Source of the DNA: Vicinamibacterales bacterium
GTDB lineage: Bacteria > Acidobacteriota > Vicinamibacteria > Vicinamibacterales > UBA8438
Length of the DNA: 64,000 bases
NCBI GenBank assembly: GCA_965197395.1
Contig: CBDANB010000007.1
Coordinates: forward strand, 1,222,986-1,286,985
Direction: 5' to 3'
Under the pieces are notes generated by a model. That model was not told the origin of the DNA. It worked only from the letters and a program-made list of their open reading frames with translations, and did no database searches. Position numbers and translations under genes: made by a program. Positions 37,355 through 47,185 of the stretch are shown here, one piece after another (the first letter of the stretch is position 1; every line of letters starts with the position of its first letter).

Positions 37355-38332
37355 CTAGCGGCGGGCGGCGGCCATACGCTCGGCAAGCGGAGGGTGGGAC
37401 GAGAACCACCATGCCGCGACGCGCGACGGGCGAGCCTCCGCGAGATTCTGCGCACCGAGGCGACGCAGCCCCGACACGAAGGCCTCGCGGTTCCCGGTTA
37501 CCTCGATCGCATACCGATCCGCCCGGCGTTCATGCCGGCGCGAGAGCACGTTGGCAAGCGGCAGGACCGCGAGCGCGACGCCGGCAACACACAAGACCAG
37601 CGCCGGTAGCCCGGCGACGTCCCCGATCCCGTCGAGCCCCAGCACCGGCGAGACCGCGGTCAGCGCGTGGTGCGAGACGCAGAGCGCGAGCAGCGCGACG
37701 CCGACCTCGCACGCGATCATCTTCCAGATGTCCCCGTGTACATGGTGCGCGAGCTCGTGCGCCAGCACAACCTCGATCTCGGCGTCGCTGTAGTCCTCAA
37801 TCAGGGTATCGGACAGCAGGATACGCCGGGTCGAACCGGTGCCAACGAGGGCGGCGTTGGCCCGTGACGTCCAGGCGCCGACTCGCCACTCGTGGATGCC
37901 AATGACCGGGGCGCCTGCACGACGCGCGAGGGCCTCGAGCCTGTCCGCGAGACGTCGTCGACCGAGCGGCCGCACGCCAAACACCTTCGGCAGGAGGACG
38001 ACCGGCGCGAGGTTGGCCAGCGCGACGGACACCGCGGCAAACGCAGCGCCTCCCGCAAGCCACCACCACGTCGCCCAGTGATCAATCGCGACATAGACGA
38101 ACACCACGGCCGCGACCCAGACTACCCATCGCGCGAGCGCAGTCTGCGCGTAGCCGCGCACCCAGGCCGAGAAGCCCTCCCGCGAAAGCCCGTATCGTCG
38201 TTCCAACAGGAAGCCGGTATGGCAGACGAACGGAAGGGCCACGACCTCTGACGCGACCCCCAGTGCCGCGGCGAAGAGGACGACGACCATCGCCGCGCGC
38301 GCGCCGACCGGCACGCCCACGGCCGCCACCAC
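37355..38332 (-). CDS. M48-family zinc metallopeptidase (membrane-anchored)
   Basis: 325 aa with a GTG start. It has several TM segments and the HExxH motif (HELAHHVHGD). Confidence 0.8.
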   Translation of the reverse strand: MVAAVGVPVGARAAMVVVLFAAALGVASEVVALPFVCHTGFLLERRYGLSREGFSAWVRGYAQTALARWVVWVAAVVFVYVAIDHWATWWWLAGGAAFAAVSVALANLAPVVLLPKVFGVRPLGRRRLADRLEALARRAGAPVIGIHEWRVGAWTSRANAALVGTGSTRRILLSDTLIEDYSDAEIEVVLAHELAHHVHGDIWKMIACEVGVALLALCVSHHALTAVSPVLGLDGIGDVAGLPALVLCVAGVALAVLPLANVLSRRHERRADRYAIEVTGNREAFVSGLRRLGAQNLAEARPSRVAAWWFSSHPPLAERMAAARR

Positions 38333-38466
38333 GTGCTCCAGCGACAGCCGCGCCGCAGGCAGGAGCCCGGCGCCAAGCAGGCTCGCGAGCAGACTCGCGC
38401 GGGCGGCGACCCCCAGCGCGGTGCTGCGTCGCCTCTGCCGATGGTACCGAGTGGCCTTGTCCTCGT

Positions 38467-41400
38467 TCAGTTGATCTTGACCGAGATGAGCTTCGAGACG
38501 CCCGGCTCCTCCATGGTGACCCCGTAGAGCCGGTCGGCGATTTCCATGGTCTTGCGGTTGTGCGTGACCAGGACGAACTGCGTGCGATCCTGCAAGCCCC
38601 GGAGCATCTCCACGAAACGACCGATGTTGGCGTCGTCCAACGGCGCGTCGATCTCATCGAGCAGGCAGAACGGGCTTGGCTTGTATTTGAAGATGGCAAA
38701 CATCAACGCCATGGCCGTCAACGCCTTTTCGCCGCCCGAGAGCAGCTGAATGCTCTGTAGGCGCTTGCCGGGCGGCTGCGCGATGATGTCGATCCCGCTC
38801 TCGAGCACGTCGGTCTCGTCGAGCAAGACCAGTCCCGCGCGGCCACCGCCGAACAGGGTTTCAAACGAGTGCTGGAAATGCTCGTTGACCGCACGAAACG
38901 CGTCTTGAAACCGCTGGCGGGTCGTGACGTCGATCCGCTTGATGGCCTCACCGGTGGCGGCAATCGCGTCGAGCAGGTCCCGTCGCTGTGTCGTCAGGAA
39001 CGCGTGGCGATCCTCGAGCTCGTCGAACTGGTCGATGGCCATCATGTTGACCGGCCCGAGCCGGTCGATCTTGGCGCGCAACTGCGCCAGGATGTCATCG
39101 ACCGTGGGCGCCGCGTCGAGCCGGTCGGACACGGGCCCCCGCTCCGCCTCTCCCGCATCGTCAACCAGCTCCTCGGTCCCGCCATCCTCGTCGGTCTCGG
39201 CGCCCGCGGCGTCGGCGCCCCCACCCACGACACCCAGTAGCGCACGATCAGGCTCAATTGGACCGTCCTGCTCCAGACGCGCTACCTCGGCGATGACGTC
39301 CGCGAGATCGACCTGCAGTGTTTCGGCACACGACGAGGCCGTGTGTGCGAGATCGGCGTTGGCGGTGGCGTGGTCCACCTCCACACGGCCCACCTCCGTT
39401 CGGATGTGTTCGAGGGCATGCCGCGCGTCACGCACGTGGCGGCCTTGCTCGGCGATGCGCTCGCGGAGCCCGTCGGTCCGCTCGTCGACCAGCCGGATCT
39501 GCTGGCGGAGCCCATCGAACGCCGCCACATTGGCATCGAGCTGGCGCTCGGCCTCCTTCATCGAGGCGAGCAGCGCGCCCCGGCGCGCCACGGCACGCTG
39601 GTTCTCCGCCTCGCGCGCGCCGATGCGCTGCCGCAGATCGCTCGTTTGGTCCTCGAGTCGCCGCACGTCGGCTGCCAACGCGGTCGACCGCTCACCCAAC
39701 GCGGCGTGGGTGGCCTTGGCCACCGTCACGCGTTGGCCCAACGCGTCAACTGACTCGCGCGCCTCGAGCAAGCGGCCTTGCGCCCGCATGAAGCGCTCCT
39801 CCGCCGAAGCCTGGTCCGCTTCGAGGCGCGCAATCGCCGCGCGCGCCTCAGCCTGCTTCGCCTCGAGGCCGTCGCGCTCCTCGGTGGCCTGCCGCCGCTC
39901 ACTCGCCAGAAGGGCGTCCTTCTCCGTCAACCGGACATGCTCGTCCTCTAGCCGGCCGAGCTGCATCTCGAAACCGACCAGCGTCTTCTCGTGCGCGTGC
40001 TCGTCGGCCATCAACGCCTCGCGCCGGTCGTTGGCTCGGGCCGCGGCGGCTTCGAGCTCGGCGACCTGCTCGCGGAGGCGAGCCAGGACCGTCTCCTCGG
40101 TCACGGCCCTCGCACGTAGCGTCGCAATCTCCCGCTTGGCCGCCAGCAGACCGAGCGCGCCCGTCTTGCCGCCACCGCCAAGACGCGACGCGCCGCGAAC
40201 CACGATGCCGTTGCGCGTGACGATGGGATCGTCGGTGACCGATGCCGCCGCCAACGCATCCTCGATCGACGGCGCGAGCCAGCGGCGCTGCAGCAGACGG
40301 CGCACGACCGCCTTCCCCGGGCCACGGACGGCGACAACGTCCGCCAGTGCCCGCAACGTGGGATGCGGCGGCGCCGTCTCGGGCCCCCGCTCGTGATTGG
40401 CGCTGATAAGGAATCCGCACCGTCCGGCATCCTTCTCCGCCGCCAGCGTGATGCCGTCGAGCGCCGCCTGACGGGTGGGGACGACGACATACTGAAGCAG
40501 ATCACCCAGACACGCCTCGACGGCGGATTCGTCCGACTCGCCGACCTCGAGGTGATCGACGACCGAGCCTTGGTGCGCGATCCGGTCCTCCGACGCCAGC
40601 ACGATCCTGGCGGCGTCTGAATACGCGGCCCGTCCGGCCTCGAGCTCCTCGAGTGACTCGAGTCGTGCACGGACAGCGGCAACCTCTCGCTCGTGCACGC
40701 CCGCGTCCCGGGTCCGCGCCTCGGTTTCGGCACGGGCCACCACCAGATCCGCATCGCACGTGGCTCGCGCAGCCCGGACGCCCTCAAGTGTCGCGCGTGT
40801 GTCTCGCGCACCCGCATCCGCCCTTGCCTGCTCGTCATCGTACCGAGCGTGCTCGGTTGCCACGTCCGCCGCCTCTGCCTCGAGCTTGGCCAACGCCTGC
40901 CGGAGCCGGGTCTGTCCGGCGTCCGCGTTGGTCACGACGTTCTGGAGTGCCGTCGCCGCGGTGATCGCCGCGTACACCTCGCTGCGCGCGGCCTCTACGT
41001 CCGCTTCCTGACCCTCGATGGCGCGCTGCGCGTCCGCAAAGCGTCGTTCGTCCCCCGCCACCTGCTGCCGAGCGGCGTCATGCTCATCGAGACATCGCGC
41101 GCGTGCCGCTTGCTGGCCGGTCAGCTCGCCTCGAACAGGACCGCTCCGCTGCTGAAGCGACTCGAGCTCACCCGCGCCCGAGGTCAGCGCCTCGGTGAGT
41201 GCGGCCACCTGCTGCTGGTCGAACGCAATGCGCTGCTGACGGCGCCCGAGTTCGAGCTCCCGCTGATGGGCGCTGTCCCGCGTCGACGTCGCCGACTCGT
41301 CAGCCTCGACCAACTCGAGCCGAAGCCGTGCCTCGTCACCTTCCAGGCGAGCAAGCTGGGCGGCGCCCGCCTGCTCTCGCACCCGCGCCTCCTCGAGGCG

Positions 41401-42342
41401 GCGCTCGGCCTCCCCGATGGCGGTCTTCAGGGCGTCGCTCTTCCTGGCAAAGAACACCTTCTCCCAACGGCGCAGCTCGTCGCGCAGACGCCGATAGCGG
41501 CGCGCCTTGGCAGCCTGCCGCTTCAATGCGCTCCGCTGCTTCTCGACCTCGTAGACGATATCGTCGACACGCGTCAGGTTCTGCTGGGCAGCTTCGAGCT
41601 TGAGCTCGGCGGAGCGGCGACGTGACTTGTACTTCGTGATCCCCGCCGCCTCTTCGAGGAGCTGGCGGCGCTCAGCAGGTCGCGCGCTGAGGATCTGCCC
41701 GATCCGGCCTTGCTCGATGACCGCGTAGGCCTTCACGCCGACACCCGAGTCCATTAGCAGATCCTGGATGTCGCGCAGACGGCAGACCTGGCCATCGATG
41801 AGATACTCGCTCTCCCCCGAGCGATACAAACGCCGCCCGACCTCGATGTCGCGGCTGATGTGGGGCGGCGCGAACTCGTCGTCGTCGGTCTCCGTTTGCG
41901 CGACAGGACTGGACGCGGGGTCGCCGAGCGAGGGCGGGACCGCGGTCGCGTCGTGACCGTGTCCGAGGTTGTTCCCGGGTCCACTGCCGTTGCCGTTGCC
42001 GTTACCTCCCGCGTGAGTGACCGTTTTCTGGACGGCGCTCACGTCGTCGGCAGGACCGGCGAGCGCCGCGAGGGCTGCCGTCACCTCGGAGAGCTGTAGC
42101 CGGACTTCGGCGGCGGCGGTCGGTCGCCTCGCATCACTGCCGCTGAAGATCACGTCTTCCATCCGCTCCCCGCGGAGGCTTCGAGCACTTTGCTCGCCTA
42201 GGACCCACGTGATCGCATCGATCACGTTGCTCTTCCCGCAACCGTTGGGACCGACGATGGCCGTGACGCCGCCATCGAACGCGAGTTGGGCGCGCTCGGG
42301 GAAGCTCTTGAAACCGGCGATCTCGAGATGGTTCAGGCGCAT
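38467..42342 (-). CDS. smc: chromosome segregation protein SMC
   Basis: 1291 aa. Walker A is GPNGCGKSNVIDA, followed by long coiled coils and a hinge. The C-terminal signature is LSGGEKALTAMALMFAIF...LDEIDAPLD. A Gly/Asn-rich low-complexity insert lies in the N-terminal head. Confidence 0.95.
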   Translation of the reverse strand: MRLNHLEIAGFKSFPERAQLAFDGGVTAIVGPNGCGKSNVIDAITWVLGEQSARSLRGERMEDVIFSGSDARRPTAAAEVRLQLSEVTAALAALAGPADDVSAVQKTVTHAGGNGNGNGSGPGNNLGHGHDATAVPPSLGDPASSPVAQTETDDDEFAPPHISRDIEVGRRLYRSGESEYLIDGQVCRLRDIQDLLMDSGVGVKAYAVIEQGRIGQILSARPAERRQLLEEAAGITKYKSRRRSAELKLEAAQQNLTRVDDIVYEVEKQRSALKRQAAKARRYRRLRDELRRWEKVFFARKSDALKTAIGEAERRLEEARVREQAGAAQLARLEGDEARLRLELVEADESATSTRDSAHQRELELGRRQQRIAFDQQQVAALTEALTSGAGELESLQQRSGPVRGELTGQQAARARCLDEHDAARQQVAGDERRFADAQRAIEGQEADVEAARSEVYAAITAATALQNVVTNADAGQTRLRQALAKLEAEAADVATEHARYDDEQARADAGARDTRATLEGVRAARATCDADLVVARAETEARTRDAGVHEREVAAVRARLESLEELEAGRAAYSDAARIVLASEDRIAHQGSVVDHLEVGESDESAVEACLGDLLQYVVVPTRQAALDGITLAAEKDAGRCGFLISANHERGPETAPPHPTLRALADVVAVRGPGKAVVRRLLQRRWLAPSIEDALAAASVTDDPIVTRNGIVVRGASRLGGGGKTGALGLLAAKREIATLRARAVTEETVLARLREQVAELEAAAARANDRREALMADEHAHEKTLVGFEMQLGRLEDEHVRLTEKDALLASERRQATEERDGLEAKQAEARAAIARLEADQASAEERFMRAQGRLLEARESVDALGQRVTVAKATHAALGERSTALAADVRRLEDQTSDLRQRIGAREAENQRAVARRGALLASMKEAERQLDANVAAFDGLRQQIRLVDERTDGLRERIAEQGRHVRDARHALEHIRTEVGRVEVDHATANADLAHTASSCAETLQVDLADVIAEVARLEQDGPIEPDRALLGVVGGGADAAGAETDEDGGTEELVDDAGEAERGPVSDRLDAAPTVDDILAQLRAKIDRLGPVNMMAIDQFDELEDRHAFLTTQRRDLLDAIAATGEAIKRIDVTTRQRFQDAFRAVNEHFQHSFETLFGGGRAGLVLLDETDVLESGIDIIAQPPGKRLQSIQLLSGGEKALTAMALMFAIFKYKPSPFCLLDEIDAPLDDANIGRFVEMLRGLQDRTQFVLVTHNRKTMEIADRLYGVTMEEPGVSKLISVKIN

Positions 42343-42590
42343 CGACCCTCAAAGGTAGAGGCCGTACACAACACTGGCCGCACAGACAGGTCCATTCGCA
42401 ACCTCACCTGTCGAGCGGCTGGGAACGCTCCGACTCGGGAGTCGTGATATCGCGTCGGCAGTGCGCCGCGGTCATGCGCCGCGTCGCGACGACCGTCGGG
42501 CCACCGCGCACCCGTGTCACGGTCAAGACCCAACGTCGGCCGCAGTGTAGCAAGGGCTGACGGCGAACCGCAACCCCTGGCACTCGATCT

Positions 42591-42668
42591 ATCGGGCGGC
42601 CACGAGGCCGAGATCGCGCGACAAGGTCTACCGGGCGGCCACGAGGCCGGGATCGCGCGACAAGCGAA
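42591..42668. repeat. tandem duplication (2 x ~39 bp) of the 3' end of the S41 protease gene, including its stop codon
   Basis: ATCGGGCGGCCACGAGGCCGAGATCGCGCGACAAGGTCT is followed by ACCGGGCGGCCACGAGGCCGGGATCGCGCGACAAGCGAA. On the minus strand both copies read L-S-R-D-(L/P)-G-L-V-A-A-R-stop. Confidence 0.85.
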
Positions 42669-44247
42669 GTAACCCCTGCGCCTCGTCGAACAGTGACAGC
42701 GCGTACTGCGCCTGCGGATCTCTCCGAAAGAGGTTTTGGCGCGCTTCGGCCTGACCGAACAGCGCGAGGTCCACCTCGTAGTGGATCTTGGCCCGGATGA
42801 AATCCGCATCGGCCGCGAACTCGTCGTCATCGACCGTCAGGCCACGGCTGCGGACGTGGTCCTTGAACGCGACCATCAAGCGGTCATCGACGATGAATCC
42901 ACGGCTCACGATCTCGCGGTCGCGACCCTCCACGCTAATCCGCGTGTCGCCGGCGGCCGAGAAGCGCTCCGCAAAGCTCGCAAACTCTGCGCGGGCGGCA
43001 AGGAGCCGGCCCAACCGGGCCGGGTCGAATCCATCAATGGGCCCCGCGATGAAATAGTCTGGCTCGATCCCCCCGCCGCTGTACACTTCGCGACCGGCAT
43101 CGGTCAGCTTGCGATCGGCCGCTGCATGCGCGGGCGTTTCTTGCTCACGTAGAAAGTACGTCCGGTACTCGTCGAACGTGCCGTCCCAAGGACGCTGGAT
43201 CATGCGACCGCTCGGCGTGTAATAGCGGGCGGTCGTGAGCGCCAACCCCGCGCCGTGGCTGACGCGATAGATGGACTGCACGAGCGCCTTACCAAAGGTG
43301 GTCTCGCCGACCACCAGCGCTCGGTCGTGGTCCTGGAGCGCGCCGGCCACGATCTCCGACGCGCTGGCGCTATTCCTGTTGACCAGCACGATGACCGGCA
43401 GCCCCGCGAGGTCGCTCTCATCACCTCCATGGTAATCCTGGTCGGAATTGGCGATCCGGCCGCGCGTGTAGACGATCATGTCGCCGCGGGGCAGGAACTG
43501 GTCCGACACGTTGATGGCCTGGTCGAGCGGCCCACCCGGGTTGTCACGCAGATCCAGCACGAGCTGATCCAGGCCTTCCGCGCTGAGCCGGTCCAACGCC
43601 TGTCGCAGCTCCTCGGTACTCGTCTCCGAGAAGTCGCCGAGGCGCACATAGCCCGTCTGGTCAGCGACGATGAACGCCGCCTCGACCGTCGGGATGGTGA
43701 TCTCGTCGCGCTGCACGTCGAGGTCAATCAGCTCCTCGTAGCCGCCACGGAGAATCGAAATATTGACCGCGCTCCCCTTCGGCCCCCGCAGCCGGCCGAC
43801 CGCCTGGTCACTGCTCATCCCGATCGAGTCCTCGCCCTCGATTCGGGCAATGACGTCGCCCCGGCGAATCCCCTCTCGGTACGCCGGGGACCCCTCGAAC
43901 AGGCTCATGACGGTGATCCGCCCGTCGATGACGTTGATCGAGATCCCGAGGCCGTAGTAGCGGCCCTCCTGTCGCTCGCGGAGTCGAGCATACGACCGCG
44001 GGTCCATGAAGTTCGAGTGAGGATCGAGCGTTTGGAGCATGCCCCCGATGGCCTGGTAGACGAGCCGCTCGGTATCGACGTCGTCGACGTAGTTGGCCTC
44101 GACGGCAGCCAACGCGGAGGCAAAGGCGTCGTAGTGGCGGGACATCGTGTCCTGCTGCGCCAGGACCCGGCCGCCAAACAGCCCGCCCGCCATCGCCGAA
44201 ACGACGATTGCGCCGACACCGACGGCCAAACTCGTCACACCTCGCAT
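42628..44247 (-). CDS. S41-family C-terminal processing peptidase (PDZ-containing)
   Basis: 539 aa. It has a signal/TM segment, a PDZ region, NRNSASASEIVAGALQD (catalytic Ser) and TFGKALVQ (catalytic Lys). Confidence 0.88.
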   Translation of the reverse strand: MRGVTSLAVGVGAIVVSAMAGGLFGGRVLAQQDTMSRHYDAFASALAAVEANYVDDVDTERLVYQAIGGMLQTLDPHSNFMDPRSYARLRERQEGRYYGLGISINVIDGRITVMSLFEGSPAYREGIRRGDVIARIEGEDSIGMSSDQAVGRLRGPKGSAVNISILRGGYEELIDLDVQRDEITIPTVEAAFIVADQTGYVRLGDFSETSTEELRQALDRLSAEGLDQLVLDLRDNPGGPLDQAINVSDQFLPRGDMIVYTRGRIANSDQDYHGGDESDLAGLPVIVLVNRNSASASEIVAGALQDHDRALVVGETTFGKALVQSIYRVSHGAGLALTTARYYTPSGRMIQRPWDGTFDEYRTYFLREQETPAHAAADRKLTDAGREVYSGGGIEPDYFIAGPIDGFDPARLGRLLAARAEFASFAERFSAAGDTRISVEGRDREIVSRGFIVDDRLMVAFKDHVRSRGLTVDDDEFAADADFIRAKIHYEVDLALFGQAEARQNLFRRDPQAQYALSLFDEAQGLLRLSRDPGLVAAR

Positions 44248-44314
44248 TGGCGAATCGTATCAGATAAGCTACTGTCCAGCAATGACTTCGAGGGATCCGA
44301 GCACCTCCGAACGC

Positions 44315-44342
44315 TTGACCGCCCGCTGTCGCCGTTTATAAT
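44315..44342 (+). promoter_or_regulatory. candidate sigma-70 promoter TTGACC-N16-TATAAT upstream of tatA
   Basis: Hexamers read at 44315-44320 and 44337-44342, about 48 nt upstream of the tatA ATG. Confidence 0.5.
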
Positions 44343-44389
44343 GCTATGAGACGCGGATCGCGTTCGCGCGAAGTCTAAGGAGCACTGCC

Positions 44390-44680
44390 ATGGGCCCTAT
44401 CGGCGTGCCGGAAATGATCATCATCGGAATCATCGCGCTGGTCATCTTTGGTCCGCGCAAGCTCCCCGAGCTGGGCCGCTCGCTCGGCAAGAGCCTCGGT
44501 GAATTCAAGCGCGCGTCGAACGACCTTCGGAATACCCTCGAAGACGAGATCCGCGTCGAGAAGAAGAGCGACACCGCGGCCGTGAGCCCGAAGCCGAATC
44601 CAGCACCGACGCCGGCTCCCGCTCCCGCTCCGGCCCCAACCGCGCATTCCACGGAACCTGACGCCGGCACCACGCCGTAA
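44390..44680 (+). CDS. tatA: twin-arginine translocase TatA/E-family subunit
   Basis: 96 aa. GVPEMIIIGIIALVIFGPRKLPELGRSLGKSLGEFKRA is typical. Confidence 0.9.
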   Translation: MGPIGVPEMIIIGIIALVIFGPRKLPELGRSLGKSLGEFKRASNDLRNTLEDEIRVEKKSDTAAVSPKPNPAPTPAPAPAPAPTAHSTEPDAGTTP

Positions 44681-44699
44681 CACCGCAGGCCCACCCCCG

Positions 44700-45515
44700 A
44701 TGGCGCTGGCCCCGTTTCCTGAACAAGCCTCGCCCGACCCCGAGGACGACACTCCCCGCCCCAGCGATCCGGTCGAGCCGGATGACGCGGGCGGCAAGAT
44801 GTCGTTTCTGGATCATCTCGATGAGCTCCGGAAACGCCTAGTTGTTTCCACCATCGCGCTCGTGGTCGGCGTGCTCGTCTGCTTCGGCTTCATCGGCTTC
44901 ATCTTCGAGTTCATCATGGAGCCGCTCACCGACGTGCTGCCGGACGGGGGAACGCTCGTCTTCACCGAGCCGACCGAGGCGTTCTTCCTGAACATCAAGA
45001 TGGCGGCGCTCGCCGGGCTCATGCTCGCGACGCCGGTCATCCTCTGGCAGGTGTGGCTCTTCGTCGCGCCTGGGCTCTACGCCAAAGAAAAGAAGTTCGC
45101 GATCCCCTTTGTCGTCCTTGCCACCGGCTTCTTCATTGGGGGCGCGCTGTTCGCGCACTACATACTCTTTCCAGTCGCTTGGGCGTTCTTTGCCAGCTTC
45201 GGCAGCGACTTCCTGTCGTTCATGCCGCGTATCCAGCCGGCTTTCTCGCTGTACGTCAAGCTCGTGCTCGCCTGCGGCGTCATCTTTCAGCTCCCGACCA
45301 TCGTGTTCTTTCTCGCCCGGATGGGGGTCGTGACGCCCGGGTTCCTCATCAGGAACATCAAGTACGCGATCCTCGCCATGTCCATCTTCGCAGCGGTATT
45401 GACCCCGACCGGCGACCCCGTGACCTGGTCGCTGATGTTCCTGCCGACGTTCGCGCTCTACGGGCTGAGCATCGCGATCGCCTGGATCTTCGCGAAGCGC
45501 GGCGTCGACGAGTGA
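44700..45515 (+). CDS. tatC: twin-arginine translocase subunit TatC
   Basis: 271 aa. SFLDHLDELRKRL is followed by six TM segments. The internal ATG at MSFLDHL is an alternative start. Confidence 0.9.
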   Translation: MALAPFPEQASPDPEDDTPRPSDPVEPDDAGGKMSFLDHLDELRKRLVVSTIALVVGVLVCFGFIGFIFEFIMEPLTDVLPDGGTLVFTEPTEAFFLNIKMAALAGLMLATPVILWQVWLFVAPGLYAKEKKFAIPFVVLATGFFIGGALFAHYILFPVAWAFFASFGSDFLSFMPRIQPAFSLYVKLVLACGVIFQLPTIVFFLARMGVVTPGFLIRNIKYAILAMSIFAAVLTPTGDPVTWSLMFLPTFALYGLSIAIAWIFAKRGVDE

Positions 45516-45580
45516 GGTCGGGGCCGGTCTGTCGGACGGCACACATCAGCGTAGCGGCCCGCCTCGCCGCCGGGGATTCG

Positions 45581-45609
45581 TTGACTTGGTCCGTTGGGAT
45601 CCATACTAT
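45581..45609 (+). promoter_or_regulatory. candidate sigma-70 promoter TTGACT-N17-TACTAT upstream of the OmpA-like gene
   Basis: Hexamers at 45581-45586 and 45604-45609, about 45 nt upstream of the ATG at 45654. Confidence 0.5.
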
Positions 45610-45653
45610 TCACGGTGGTTTCATTACCTTTTTCTGGTGGGGACGTGCTGCTC

Positions 45654-47090
45654 ATGAAGACGAGACGATGGCTTGGCCGCTTGGCGGCCGTTGCCTGCAT
45701 CAGCCTGCTGGGATCCCCCGCGGCCGCCCAGTCTGACGACACTCGCCCGGCCGGATCGACGTTTCTCGGCGACACCGGATTGTGGTTCGTGCCCACCGCC
45801 GAGATCGTCGGCCACGGGCGGGTCGCAGCCAGCGCGCACCTCGCAACGTTCAATCGCGAGCAGGGGTTCACGGCGGTCCAGTCCGCTGCGGCGACGTTCG
45901 CGGTAGGGCTACGCGACCGGGTCGAGGTGTTCGGGTCGTTTCAGTTCCTGACGCGCATCGACCGCGATCTTCGGCCGATTTTTCAGCCGAACCAGATTGG
46001 CGTCGGCGGGCTCGTGACGGGCTATCCGCTGGTCACGAACGCCTTCAGCGGGAACGAGATCGGCGATTTCGTCGTCGGCGCGAAGATCAACCTCCTGTCC
46101 GAGCGCACCCGCGCGCCCTACGCGATGGCGATCCGAGGCTTCGTCAAGCTCCCAACTGGCAATGAGGCGGCGGGAACGACGACCGGTCAGACCGACGGCG
46201 GCATCGGTTTCGTCATGAGCAAGGCCTTCGCCGGTGCCGAGCTGGCAGGGCACTACGATTTCATCTTTCGGAGCGATCCGTCGACGATCAATCTCCCCCA
46301 CAGCCTGCGCTGGGGCGTCGGGGTCGGGGCGCCGGTCCGCGGGCGGGTTCGATTCTTCGGGGAACTGCTCGGCGAACGGCCGCTAAGCGCGATCACACTG
46401 ACTCAGTCCCTGGTCGGCGCCGACGGAAGCCTGTCGACCCTCGGCTCGCTCCAAAGCAGCCCACTCGATGTCATCCTCGGGCTCCAATGGAACGGTCCAC
46501 GGGGTGTCGCGCTGGGCGGCGGGATGAGCTGGGCGACACGGCACGAATCGCGGTCGCTGGTCGGCCAGTCGACGCCATCCGGCGACCGGTTCGGACTGCT
46601 CGTTCGACTAACCTATCACCCGGGCGTGAGCGTGTACGTGGCGCCACCGCCACCGCCGCCACCGGCACCGCCACCGCCACCGCCACCGCCACCGCCGCGC
46701 CGACCGCCACCGCCGCCGCCGCCAGCTGCGCCGGCGCCGGACCCGCCGCGCGAGTACGTCTTCGAGGACGTGCACTTCGACTTCGATCGCTACAGCTTGC
46801 GACCGGGCGCGGCGCGCGTGCTCGACGAGGTCGTGGCGGCGCTGCAGGATGACTCCGACCTCACCATCGAGATCGAGGGTCACACGTGCAACATCGGCAC
46901 GAACGAGTACAACGTGGCGCTCGGTGATCGGCGAGCGAACGCGGTTCAGCAGTATCTTGCGAGTCGCGGGGTCGGTGGCAACCGTCTCCGAACCGTCAGC
47001 TACGGCGAAGAGCGGCCCGCGCACGACAACGCGCGCGAAGAGACACGGCGCCTGAACCGCCGTGCCGCGCTCGTCGTTCGCCTCCGGTAG
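45654..47090 (+). CDS. outer-membrane OmpA-family protein (beta-barrel-like N-domain, polyproline linker, OmpA_C peptidoglycan-binding domain)
   Basis: The internal ATG at 45654 gives the signal peptide MKTRRWLGRLAAVACISLLGSPAAAQ. The linker is APPPPPPPAPPPPPPPPPPRRPPPPPPP. The C-terminus has IEGHTCNIGTNEYNVALGDRRANAV...NRRAALV. Confidence 0.88.
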   Translation: MKTRRWLGRLAAVACISLLGSPAAAQSDDTRPAGSTFLGDTGLWFVPTAEIVGHGRVAASAHLATFNREQGFTAVQSAAATFAVGLRDRVEVFGSFQFLTRIDRDLRPIFQPNQIGVGGLVTGYPLVTNAFSGNEIGDFVVGAKINLLSERTRAPYAMAIRGFVKLPTGNEAAGTTTGQTDGGIGFVMSKAFAGAELAGHYDFIFRSDPSTINLPHSLRWGVGVGAPVRGRVRFFGELLGERPLSAITLTQSLVGADGSLSTLGSLQSSPLDVILGLQWNGPRGVALGGGMSWATRHESRSLVGQSTPSGDRFGLLVRLTYHPGVSVYVAPPPPPPPAPPPPPPPPPPRRPPPPPPPAAPAPDPPREYVFEDVHFDFDRYSLRPGAARVLDEVVAALQDDSDLTIEIEGHTCNIGTNEYNVALGDRRANAVQQYLASRGVGGNRLRTVSYGEERPAHDNAREETRRLNRRAALVVRLR

Positions 47091-47116
47091 CGGAGTAACA
47101 GCGCGAGTTTCGTCTC

Positions 47117-47149
47117 GAGGGCGCCCGGGTCTCGGATCCGGGCGCCCTC
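47117..47149. terminator. 12-bp perfect GC hairpin between the convergent ompA-like and proS genes
   Basis: GAGGGCGCCCGG-GTCTCGGAT-CCGGGCGCCCTC. There is no clean U-tract on either strand, so terminator function is inferred from position only. Confidence 0.45.
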
Positions 47150-47185
47150 GCGTCTTGTACGGGCGGGTACCGCGCGGCTCGTGCC

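Noticed and set aside
42578-42592. TGGCAC motif (TGGCACTCGATCTAT) resembling a sigma-54 -24 element.
   Set aside because: There is no GC dinucleotide at the -12 position with the correct spacing, and no plus-strand gene downstream.
46636-46740. A CCGCCA/CCGCCG-rich microsatellite-like stretch.
   Set aside because: It is the coding sequence of the polyproline linker between the barrel and the OmpA_C domain, a common feature of OmpA-family proteins, and is not an independent repeat element.
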